DNA from: Rhizaria sp. SCN 62-66
Lineage: Eukaryota
Assembly: GCA_001724265.1 (NCBI GenBank)
Contig: MEDY01000133.1
Span: forward strand, 1-64,000
Reading direction: 5' to 3'
Length of the DNA: 64,000 bases
The position numbers were made by a program, and so were the translations under genes. This document shows positions 24,344 to 36,509 of this stretch, in pieces. The notes under the pieces are model-generated. The model saw only the letters and a list, made by a program, of their open reading frames with translations, was not told the origin of the DNA and made no database searches. Each line of letters begins with the position of its first letter. Position 1 is the first letter of the stretch.

Positions 24344-27300
24344 ATGTCACTGACTGTCGACTCTTCCCCCCCGCTCCCAACCTCAGCCTCAACCAGCTCT
24401 GCCTCCGCATCAACGTCAGCCTCTGCATCCTCCTCTGCGCCCATGTCCGCCCCACATGCGCTCCCTGATGATGATTTGGATGCGCCAAACGCGGGCGTGT
24501 ACATTCCCTGGTTAACCATCCTCTTCACAGAGAGGTTCAAAGTACTTTTGGACGAAGACGTGTTCGATACCCGCGCGTCCGGCCCTCTACCGCTGCCGAC
24601 GCATCCAACCGTTGCCACGATTATGAACGTTTTTGCCAACTCGCGCGCTGCCACTCGCGCCATTACTAAAACACTATCGTCATTTCCCGCTCTCGATAAC
24701 AACGAAGACGACGGCAACCACAACAACAACAGTCAGGATGCAAGCAGTGACCACAGCAACAAAGACCGCGACAACAGTGATCCTGCAGTTTCCGTTTCTA
24801 ACTCGACTTCGCCCTCACGTGTCACCCGCACCCGCTCACGCGCTACTGAATCTAACTCTAGCTCTAGCTCTAGCTCTAACACATCAAGCACCAGCGCCAG
24901 TGCCAGCGCGAGCGCGAGTTCGAGCAGTGCGAGTGCCACCGCGGATGACGCGGACTTCAACGCGGCGACGGCCACTGCCAACGACACCGTTGCCGCCGCC
25001 GAGAACGCAGCCCCTGGTTCTGCACAGTCTCCGATGAATAGTCTCGTGAGTCAGATGAGCAAACGCGCTCTCGACGGTGCCGCTCAAGGCCTCAGTGCTT
25101 CGCTCGCCACCGGCGTCCTACTCTCTTTCGACCGGTATTTACCGCGTTTCCTGCTGATTGAGACTGAGCGGCGTGCGTTTTTTAACATTTGTCACGCATC
25201 TGGAGCGCGGCCAAGCGACTGCTATGGTGTTGAGCATCTGCTGCGGCTTTTATCGGTCCTGCCAGCGTTGACGCCGCCGTTGCCCTTGAGTGACCGTGAG
25301 CAGCAAGAGCAACGGCGGAGGCTAGCTAATCTCCCGTTCCCCGCATTGCAGCAAGGTTTATCTGCTTCGTCGTTGTCGTCGTCGTCGTCATCATCCTCTG
25401 CAAACAGCACAACTACTGCGAATAACAACACGTGCTTGCTTCTTAGCGGCCTAACTGCTCCAGTCGGCGGCTTGAGTTTCGAGCATGGCTTAACTTCCAC
25501 GCAAGCCGCTGCTCTGGTGAACGCATGGTTTGCAGCTCTTGTGTTGTGGCTTGATACAAACCAGAGTAGTCTCAGCGATACCACCCCTTCGACTTCTACG
25601 CTTGCTACCGAGACTCCCGACACAGCGGAAGCTGCAGCGCGTGACAGTTCTGATACGGCGGCAAACGCACGCTCTCGTCCGCCCAACAATAACAGCAACA
25701 AGAGCGGTTCCTTGAGCAACAGCGCGGCGGCGGGTCCTGCTGCTGATGCTCCCGGTGCGACTGCGACGGCAATCGCTGCTGCGCTGCTCGAGAAGAACCA
25801 GCGCACACGCGACTCCGGCGGCTGCGTGCGGCTTCACTTGCGTGAGATTGTCAAGATTGCCCGTGCGATGTACTACAACGCGTGTAGCACTGCGCCTCAG
25901 TTTGCCCCTGCGACATCCGGCTCGCGCCGCGGCCGCGCCCGAGCGACCGCGAATAATGCAGGGTCCGATTCTGACGCAGACGCTGACGCTGCCGACGGTG
26001 CCGCTGAGGTTGTTGATACTTCTGCTGCTGCTGATGCTGATGCTGAGATGAGCCCTAGCGCCGCCAATGCAAGCGCCGCTGACGCCGCCGCGAAGATTGA
26101 ACCGACGCCCAAGTCCGCTGCGGCGGCGACTGCGAAGACGGACAGCTCTGTGAAGACGGACGCTAGCAGTGGCAGTACGGGACCTGAGGGTGAGCGTGAG
26201 CATCGGCACATCGTGCGTGGACACGCAGTCACTGTCCGTGCTGCTATGGCGGCAACGTCGCTGCAGTCGTTTATCATCTCCGCTCTCGCAAAGCGGGCTC
26301 CAGCCTCTGTTGGCGCTAAGACTAAGAGCAGCGGCAACAACAACGGCAGCGCGGAGGCTGAGGCGATGAAAGATGATGATAACGACGACGACGCGTCGGC
26401 GGCGGCAGCTGCAGCGGGTACAGACAAAGAGAATGCTGAAAATGCGGACAAGAACAAGGCATTACACCGCAAAGTCCGCCTTCCTTCAGGTACGTACTGA
26501 TGTCCAAAACAATTGCGACTGCTTATCATGGAACTTTTTATTCGAAACGTGTTTGATATTTTTAGTGCAACCATATTTTATTTTTTTTAATGTGTTATGC
26601 TTCTGTCTACTTTCACATGTTTATCACTCACACATGGAATGTTACTGTTTTCTCTTGTTTTCTTGCTTTTCACGCATTTTCCGTCTTAGGCGCGACACCC
26701 GATGCGATGATCGACAAGGCTCTCTCTGCCGGCGGCCCCGCATACGGCGCCGCTCTTTGCACCCTCGCCGCCGGTATCGTCCGCATCTGCGCCGCGTACG
26801 CCGCCGCCCCCACCAGCGCTGCCGCCGACGAATGCGTTGCGAAGATTGGCGGTGAGACTGTGCGGGCTGCCGTGCAAGCTGTGTGCCAGCTCTGGGAAGG
26901 GACGGACCTCGATTTGACTGAGCAGGACGGCATTAACGCAGCGTCGCTTCTGCCTACGCGTCCGCTTGCCGCGCATCCGGCTATGTATAGGGCGGGCTCG
27001 AGCGGCGCCGCGAGTGAAGCGACTGGCGGGGACAATCCCGCCACTGACTCAGTGTCTGTGTCTGGATCGGTTAGCGCTGCCGGTTATGCTGCCGCCAGTG
27101 GTCGCCGTGGGGGTGAGAGCGGTCGTGGTGACAAGCGCGCACTGCAGCAGTCAAAGCGCCGCGCGGGCCGTCAGGAAATCGCCGGTGATGATAGTGATAG
27201 CGCTGCCAGCCCTAACAACAGCGACGACGATAACGATGACGATGGCGATGACGACGACGGTGCGGCTGCTGGCAGTGGCAACAAGAAGAGCCGTCTGGCA

Positions 27301-29832
27301 TCGAAAAAGCAAGCCACCCCCAGCAAGACTGACGCCAAGAGTGCTTATTCTCGCAGGGGCAGTCGCTCTAGCAAGCGAGGCCGCCGGGCTGGCAACGACG
27401 GCGGTGGCAACTCTGACAACGACGATGACAACGAGAACAGCTCGAGTGAGGATCAAGAACTCGTCGTTTTCAGTCGTCGCAAGAAGGCGTCCAGGAACTC
27501 GGTTGCCGGGAAGACTGCGGCGGACGGCGTGGCCGCGGATGAGAGTGATCTTACTATCGTTGCAACAATCACACTCACAACCGCGGCGGCGGCGGCGGCG
27601 GCAACGGCGGCGGCGGCGGCGGCAGCGGCGGCGGCGGCGGCAGCGGCGGCGGCGGCGGCAGCGGCGGCGGCGGCAGCAGCGTCGGAGGCGGCGGCGGCGG
27701 GCACTCCGGCCGTGACTGACGGTGCGTCGGAAAAGCCAGAAAACGCCGCGTCAACGGCGAAAGTGCTGCCTACTCCTGACGGACTGTTGGTGCGTGAATG
27801 GACTGTGAGTGGAACTGACCCTCTTGTCCTGAACGCAATCGTGCCGTTCCCAATGCCCGGGGTGATCCTCCCTCGTGTTGTGAAGAAGATGGGTGCGACT
27901 GTCCCGGAGTTGGGCGGTGTACAGTCAACACTGATGCTCATTTACTCACAGCCTGCGATTGTGGCCGCTGTGGCAACTGCGAGTGCGTACGCACCGGTCA
28001 TTGTCAGCTCTCTGTTTCCTTCGGCGTACTTGCCATCGCTTGTGTCGATGACGCCGTGTAGCACCGTGACTGTGAGCAACATTGAAGTGTTTGTGAATAG
28101 CGAAGGCAAGCTTGTTACAAGCACTAAATCGGTGACTCTTGACACGAACCCCGGCAATAACAATAGCAACGCGAACAGCTCTAGCCCGAACTCTAGCACG
28201 AGCGCGAGCTCGAGCGTGAGTTCTAGTGCGATGTCTGACGGCGACGATGGTACGATCATTGATTCTACACGCGAACTACATTTAAGCCGCCGGGCAGAGA
28301 TAGCTGCTGTTGTGCAAGCAAGTCCGTTTTACGGCCCCGGTCGTGGCGGTAACGATCTTGCGACTGCGCTCTGTGAGTTCACGCTTGCCTGTGCGCAGCA
28401 GACGGCTGTGTTGGGTGGTTCGATCACAATCTCGATGGTGCAGCTCGTGTTTGACATGTGGAGCCGCACGAGGGCGGGGTTGATGGCAGACAAGACACAG
28501 CTTTTCTCTCCCAAAAAAAGCAGTGTCTGCATGGAGGCCCAGAATCTTGTAAACCCTCATTTTGACGATGATATAACATCTATGTTTCTGAACGATGATA
28601 ACATCGGTAAGACGATCGATATTGAGAAGATTGCGTGGTTACGTGCTGTCCATGCCGGTTTCGAAACCTCTCACTTGCTCATGAGGTCCCAAATCGACGC
28701 AATGGTCGCTGCGCGCATTGAGATGGCGACGGTGATGCTCCAAGCAGCAGACCATATGCAGATCAAGTTCACGGTCAGTTCCCGCGTCGCCCAACGGGTC
28801 GCCGACATGGGTTTTGCATCCGTTCTCGACCCAGAGTGCCTCGCTACGTGCACTGTTCCGGACTCTGTGAAGCATGACTCCGACGAGCCCGAGGTCATCT
28901 TGACCGCAGCCGAAGCGTCTGAAGTACTAATCAATATGCCCCGCTTGCCGGCATTTGTTCGTGCGGAAAATGTCATGAAGCGTGTTCTTGAGCGGAAGCG
29001 CAAGTGCGAAATGCGCGTGTGCAGTGCTGTGAAGATCGCCCGCTCACTGACGACGGTGCTCGAACGTGCACTGCTTCTCGGGGTTGAGCCCCAGTCTCCT
29101 CCGCTTCTGGAGACGGAGGAGGATAAGTTCGAAGGTGAGTTGAGCGCAATGGAAGACGCAGTGCGTAATATCTCTCAACATTGTGTTGAAAAGGACGCTG
29201 GCACAACGTCTAACTCTTCTTCTACAAGTGCCGTGGTTGGGCGTGCGATTTTGAGTGCAGACTCGAAGGTTCCCTTGAGTGATGCTGTCCGTAAATGCCT
29301 TGATGATGGGAAGCGTCACGTTCTGACAGACGCGATCGAAACCGCTCTCATCATGCCGAACTCTCACTCACACCAGTATCCTGGCATCACTGCCGCATTG
29401 ACAGCACCAGAGGCGCTTGAGTGTCAGACGCTGGTCATGGGGGCGTACTTGGGTATCGACCTAACGACTCCTCTTATCATGCTCGATGCGTTAACGCATC
29501 TCAGTGTTGATGTGGTAGATGCCACACACGCTGCCTTGGGTATGAACTTCGATCCGATGTTCCACACTGACCACAAGAACAACAACATTGTCAATCTGAT
29601 CAAGGAGTCTATCAATCTCGACGTTGCTGTTGGAGAAGAGATGACTGTGCCACCCGCAGTGATGGAGACGCTGTACATGTGCCGCGATGTCTCAGTAGAA
29701 CTTGCGCGCATTAACATGCCATTGAGCGCTGTGCTAGGTATCACAATGCCTCATGAAGAAGACACCTATGCGCTGGCATGTACGGAGCGTTTGGCAAGTG
29801 AACAGGCTGCGCTGGGGTCGACGCAGCAGTGA
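24344..29832 (+). CDS. MRG-domain protein with long uncharacterised C-terminal region (~1762 aa, 2 exons)
   Basis: Exons 24344-26489 and 26690-29832 (phase-1 intron GTACGT...TAG). MRG motifs KVLLDED...LPLPTHPTVATIM and GVLLSFDRYLPRFLLIETER...PSDCYGVEHLLRL. Stop TGA. Confidence 0.78.
27583..27699 (+). repeat. GCG/GCA trinucleotide repeat encoding poly-Ala
   Basis: Long (GCG)n/GCA run inside exon 2 of the MRG gene. Confidence 0.9.
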
Positions 29833-31484
29833 TGTTCCTGTGATCAGCACTACTGTGCAGCTGCTGAGGGAGCACACCGTGCGGCATCACGCTCAGCCAA
29901 TTTGCTGTATCCGCAGAGATGACGAGTGCTGATGCAAGGGACAAGGGTCATGAGGGTGTCGATCAAATTTCCAACTAGGCCGCGTTTACAAGAAAATAAG
30001 TCGGAAAGTAACATTGATTCTTATAGTCAGCCGTACGTACGTATATTTAACTGAATCCCTTGCATCAACAACGCTTTATGCAACGGAGCAAGTTCTGATA
30101 CATATGCAAAGTTGCGTGTCCAGTTAATTTATCTCTATACAAAGTTGTATTTTTACACCATTATGGTCGAGTCAACGTGCATCTCAAAGTGCTTGATCAG
30201 ACTGTGTCGAATCTACAATACATGTACTGTACTATACATGTACAACCAAATTAGTACTAAATTGATCGCCCTGCAGGCACATATCACTTCGTATATACAG
30301 TTTCAGAACCAGTCAGCTGTACATTCGGTTGTTTTGGGACATGTTGTGCGTCGCTATCGAATGTGGTATTAGCTTGCCGTGATTAATGCATGCAGGTAGG
30401 TCTACCACTGTTTACAAGTCCGTCCTCTGAAACATCGACGAGCTAGTGGAACTAGACGCCCCAATGCGAGTGCTGCACGGAAGCGCACAGTGACTGCTGC
30501 GATATGATCGTCTTTGAGGGATGCAATTGCACTAAGATTGAGCGAAACTTCGGTGCATTTCAAATAACTAAGTCCGCATTATTTTGTAAGATACATGTAC
30601 CAGAAAAGATCATCACCGGTCAAGTGAAAACGAAGAGATGAGAGGCGATTGCGAAGAGATGCATTCCCAAGAGTTTAAAGAGAGACGTCCAACATATTGC
30701 CGTTGCGACATAAATCTAAAACAGGAAACAAAAATAGACAAAGCAGATGCAGCCCCCACGCCCGCCCGCCCGCCCGCCTGCCTCCCCCCGTTAACGACGC
30801 ACTTCGCAGTGGGTATTAATTATCACTACACACCGCATCGGCGCTGGTCGGGGATCCACAGCTGAAATGACAGTGAGCAAGGCGAGGAGCGTGGCGGCTG
30901 ATGGCGGTTGAGGCGGTCAAAAGTGGTGTCCTTTTGATGAATACTGACCAGTATTAATATATTAATATCATGTCATCTGCTCGTTCTCTCTGCTCTCAGC
31001 CCCTCGCCCCATATTCCTCTTTGAACTTGCACTTGTTACAGCGAGCTCCTGGTGCCGCTGCTGCCTCTGGTGTTGGCAATGCTGTACAAATGCTGCGACT
31101 GTGAGTCAGTCTGGTGCAGTGCGGCCGACAGTGACTAGCGCAACGCCGATACTCTCAGTCACTGACCCGATCAAGGAGAGGGTGCGCCCGCCGCATGCCT
31201 CTGGCCAGTGCACGATGTCGCCTTCGAGAACAGCAGTGTCATGGGGGAGGTACATCTGTCAAAGGATAATAACATATTTAATAATGTAAACATGTTTTAA
31301 TGTATTATTTACGTTTGACTTTTTATTTACACGGCCAAAAGTTATGTTTCGAGCTCATTAGTACTCTTCAAATGATCCACAGCATCTTAGGTCTTGCAAA
31401 GGAGCGCGTCACTCGAAACATTCCATAAGTTCCCCTCATCAAGAGTGATTCACGTAGTGGAGACATTCAAAGGTGTCAAATAAT

Positions 31485-34400
31485 ATGGAAAATATGCGCC
31501 GTTGTGTGCTGAGCGCCGCTGCGCTTGTTTGTGACGCGGTATCTCATGTTAAAGATCCCACTGCAGCCGTCGAAAAGCTCAAACAAGATGTCCAAGGCAT
31601 CGTCGGTACGCTACCTCGAATCGTGATTGCGAAACATGTGAAACTTGGAAATGTTGAGGCTATACTGTGCGCCATACGTGTTTCAACCTAATACCACACC
31701 CTTTCTGCTCTGTTTCAATCTGACATCTCTTTAGATATTGTGCAAGGCATGAGCCCCGAGCTCAGCGACTCTTGCGACGGCACGCTCAAACAACTTGATG
31801 TCCTCCTTCGGAGTTGTCGCACGTTTCTTATCAACAAGACTATTGGTAACATCCATATTTCTCACACGCTGCGTACCTATGGCGTGAAGACTGATTGTCA
31901 ATATCTGAGATACAGGCTTGGAGAAGTTAGGGCAAATCTCATGTTCATCACCCTACTTGCCAAAGATAACTCAAGCACGAAACCTCCCAGTGGAAGTCCG
32001 TCTATCTCAGGTTCAAGCTCACAGCATGACTCCAACTCTGCCAGCTTAAGTCTGATTGCACTTGCCGTGAACAACAACGATCATGGTGTCGACACTGTTG
32101 CTGCTAGACCGGCCGCAGATGCTGCGGCTGCGGCTGTCGCAGATGATGGTGCCGCCGCTGGTGGTCACGATGGAACAACGATTGTAAATCCCCGCGCGAG
32201 TATCATTAACAACCGGCGACGTTCTGTCATTGTGTGGCAGCAGCCAAACCAGATTCCAAGGCTAAAATACCGTGATTTCGACGTGATTAAACGCACGTAC
32301 GCAAGGGGTGGCTACTCATGTGTCTTCCGTGCGTTGTACACCGAGAACAGGAGCAAGAACAGCAGTCAAAGAAACAGCGATACCAATGACAACAAAATCT
32401 ATAATGCAACAACAGTCCCTGTTGCATTAAAGGTGTTGAACGCCAAGGCTGATACCCTGTACGCCGAAAAAGGAGTCATGGATGAGCTCCGCACGCACTA
32501 TAACCTGCAGTCACCGTATGTAGCCCGTTGCTTAGGGCTGACAGTTGTCAAGAACACATCTACCAAAGCCTTCGCGAGTGGGAATGGCAAGCGCAATACG
32601 GAGGAAGAAAGTGATGATGTGACGTGTGACGATGAGGATGACTCAGACGATGAGGATGATGATTACGACGATGATCACGGACTTCTTAACAAAAAGAACA
32701 ACGGCAACTTAGCCATTGCAATTGAGTTCATGCAAGGTGGTGCTTTGTCGACGTTATTGGCCAGCGATGACTACAAGACTCTCTCCGCGGCTGGCCGCGT
32801 GTGGCTTGCACTTCAAGTCTCTCTTGCTCTGCAGTACTTACACTCGAAGAATACGGTTCACGGCGATATCAAGCCGCTGAACTTTCTCTGGACGGTAAGC
32901 GACGCAGGAACCAAGCCGGTCGTAAAAGTGTCAGACTTTGGTAACGCCAAGTTACATCATACGATGCAATCTCTCTCAGCAAACAAGTTGGCCCTTGGCT
33001 CTGGGGCGGACGCTGGTACGTTATGCAAAAATCTCAGACGAACGAATTGTTGTTACATCAATGTTCTCGAACTTTTGCATGTGTCTATATGAAGGGGACC
33101 ACTTAAAACAGCGTGATAGATTTACTGACGGATTTTACTTCAAGTTGTTGCTCACATCTTCATATTTGTTACTGGTGGTTGTATATTTTTACTCACGCAA
33201 CAGCCACGAAGTCGTCAAAGGGCACACTAAACTGGATGGCGCCTGAGCTTTTCGGCCGCTCCCGTCCCGTTTACAAGACCGACGTGTACGCGCTTGGCAT
33301 GACTCTCTACGAAATTGCATATGGATGTCGTCCGTTTGATGGCCTACCTCCAAGCACAATCGGGCACATCGTGATGTCTAATAACCGTCCATCATTGTTG
33401 CTTGACTACTATGATGGCATGAGTCTACCACTGCTGCTCGAAGGCACAGCTCCGTCTCCCCAGTTTAGTGCGTTGATTGCAGACTGCTGGGACGCGGATG
33501 CAGCAAAGCGTCCTAAAACAAACGGTGTGGTGAGCCGACTCAAAGACATGGTGAGTGACGCGGAGCAGGTGCTGGAGTTGATGAAGACGGTAATCAGAAA
33601 GGAAGCGCGTGAGGCGGCATCGATGTCAGCCCACTTTACCAACACCACCACTGGCTGCATTAACTCTGTTGATAACACGTTTTCAATTGCTACTACGATA
33701 ACCCAAGGACCGATGTTTTCAACACAACCGTCGCCGCCTTCAGACTTAGCAGCTACAGCGGCGCCGTCATAGGACTTGCCTCAGGGCAATCCTCTGCCAA
33801 TTCCAAGCTCGAGTCAGAAGGGCGCTTTATTCTCAGCGAAAACGAATCTTTCTCCGCCCCAGCAACCGTTGCCGCCGCAACCGCAGTCATCTGCGTGGGA
33901 TTCCGACTCTGACACGGACGTCGTCGTTAGCACAAACAGCACCAAGAGCGCAAACGGTGACGGCGTTGGCAAGGGTAGGAGCGTCAGCCTCTTGCATGTT
34001 AGCATTAATGGTAAACCAAACCCTGGATCGTCGACTCAGTCGTCATCCCCGTCGTTACAGTCGCACCTGTTGCCACTACAACAAGCGCATGGGGACCGGA
34101 GAAACACAGTTCCTATCCGGCGGCCTACGTTTTCCGTGCGCCCAAGTCCAACCGCTCACATGAGGGGCCTTCGTTCAGGTATGTTTGGGTACAGCAAGGA
34201 TCGAAAGAGTCCCGGGTGGGACTACAGTATTGACGATAGTGAGTACGACGCCCCGGGGAACGCCACTCTTGTCGGCAATAACAGTAGCAGTCCTTTATCG
34301 CATGCGACTGACGATGACGACTCTTGCCGGAGTCAAAATCAGCGCAGCAACTGGCCGGTGCATCCTTCGAATCAACATTCGTCGGGCGATCACATTTTTG

Positions 34401-35545
34401 ACACTGTTAAAACATATGTCTCAGCCGACATTTATCACTCTAGAATGACGCCCGAGTTTGTGTACGAATGCGTTAACAGGGTTAAAGAGGCTGCAGAGCA
34501 GGGTTGCTATGAAGCGCTTTGTGCGCTCGCTATGATGCACTGCCGAACGGAGTGGGGAATCTTTTCGCTTTCTGATGCGTGTAAAATCAAGAAACGGATC
34601 GCATCTATAAGCGCCACTGGAGCATACGAGAGCGCGCTATGGCTCATGTCGCACGGCACAAACCTTGACGAGGCGAAGGAGCTCCTTGTTAACGCGCGCA
34701 ACGCTGGCCTTTCTCTCGCAGATGGTGCGTTAATCGCTCTCACCGTTATTCAATTTGATGCTGGAAGCATTAAGGCGGACGACCCAGAGATGGTGGACAT
34801 CGGTCCACGCTTACAAGCAGCCGCTGATACAGGCGATTCGGTCTCACTTTACGAGCTGGGACGCGCGTGCTATCTCGGTCGGTTTGGGTTCAGCAAAAAC
34901 CCTGTGACAGCGCATAGGCTTAAGAATATGGCAGGAGCTGCTAAGATTGTCTACGGCCCCGCGCACGCATATGTTGGTGAAACCACAAACGATGAGCTTA
35001 AATTAAGCTTGTCGGCCGAGGCGGGCGTTGTGCACGGGCAGTATCTCTACGGAAAGCTGCTTGCAGATGCACCTAACCGTTCTTCTGATCACGCAGTCTG
35101 GTGGCTGAAGAGGGCGTATGGCAAAGGGTCGCAGGATGCAGGAGCAGAACTTGCGGTGCGGGCTCTTGACTTGCCTAAGCACGGCACCTGTTCGTCATGC
35201 ATTCATTCGTGTTACTACCAGTCTCCGGCGCAAATCATGCAGTTAGCACTCAATGCATCCGAAGCTGGGGTTGCTGCAGGTAAGCTAGCACTAGCGCTGT
35301 GTTATGTACACGGCGTTGGTGTTCCTGTGAACAAGTTGAAGGGTGCGTTGCTCATGATCAACCTTGCAGAGAATAACTTTACGTATGCCAAGGCGCAGTA
35401 TCTCGCTGGAAAGTACTTTGCGAACGGTGTTGGCGTGCAAAAGGACAAGGCCAGCGCCATTAAGATGTTTGAGCGGGCAGAGAAAGAATAGCCCAAAGCA
35501 AGGGAACGGCTCAAGAAGTTGAAGAGGACGTTGTTCTTTTTCTAA
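31485..35545 (+). CDS. Helical N-terminal domain + protein kinase + Sel1-repeat protein, paralog B (~1247 aa, 3 exons, 2 in-frame TAG)
   Basis: Exons 31485-31605, 31735-33015 and 33204-35545. Motifs VALK, HGDIKPLN, DFG, GTLNWMAPE; Sel1 repeats. Shares blocks (QYLRxRLGEVRxNLMF, GNLAIxIEFM, AAGRVWLA, GKLALALCY) and both intron positions with paralog A. In-frame TAG at 33770-33772 and 35489-35491; TAA at 35543-35545. Start codon is tentative. Confidence 0.82.
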
Positions 35546-36509
35546 AACCTTGCCATGGTTGGCGGTGTGTCGCGTGGCAGCTCGTGATGCTAAGGTTTGC
35601 ATCAGTAAGCCAGCAGCTTGGACTGATTACGCTCCGAGCTTGAGTCTTACACTTTCTGTTTCATAACACATATATATAGCTGAATGTGTGATAGCATGTA
35701 TTTTTTGTTGATTAGTCTGCTGAAGCATGATTCGCGCGATTAGAATAAATCTGTGATTCGTGTATTGCTCTTGACTGATCTTGTCCACGGTTGAGTACAC
35801 GGCGCTTTCTGCCGATGCCGGCGTCATTTCGCCCGTCGGCACAGTGTTGATGTATCGAGCTGTGCCGGTTGGCCGGACTAAACGTACCCTGTTGGAACAG
35901 TGCTAATTTGCTCGCGCAAAGTTGTTTCTTCCAGCAAATCAGGCAAATTCGGTTCGTACAACACGTCTATTTTCATTGATTTTAAGCCATGTCCGGTGAA
36001 TCTGCTGGGTGGCGCCGTGACGGTTGGTCGCCTGATATCATGCATTGAAGGAAATCAGGCGACAACGCGCATTAACAATAACATCGATGAATATTACTAT
36101 CTGCTATTCGAGGAAAATATTTTGAAATGTTTCACTTGGCACAGCAAAAAAGGGGGATGCGCAATCTATGACGAGCATACCGGAAAGCTTATCATGTTCA
36201 GCAACTTTACGTCTCACGACAGTGAGATTTTTGACTCTTTGCTCTGGATGACGTCTCTACAGGCACTTAAACCATTAAAGCACACTTTTTCCACGTCAAT
36301 CAAATTGTTTTAAGTGTTTCGAGTATGTATATTACGTCCGATATCAACACGATATGGCTTTTGTTCTAATTATCGACAGCCTGAAACAATGAGGCCCTTC
36401 GCTCGTTGCACTCTTAATAAAGTCGTCAACAATCGCAGTAGCAGTCAGTCACGCGCTCCCGCTTTTACAACACATCACGTGTCCCACATGTTACACACGC
36501 ATATCGCAC

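Noticed and set aside
31040-31250. GC-rich exon-like patch upstream of kinase B flanked by AG and GTACAT
   Set aside because: I could not link it in frame to a neighbouring gene, and two of the frames read from the AG hit TGA; at most a UTR exon or remnant.
35627-36313. Short ORFs between kinase B and the G-patch gene
   Set aside because: No recognisable motif, AT-rich, and no convincing start or splice structure; could be a degraded fragment but unsupported.
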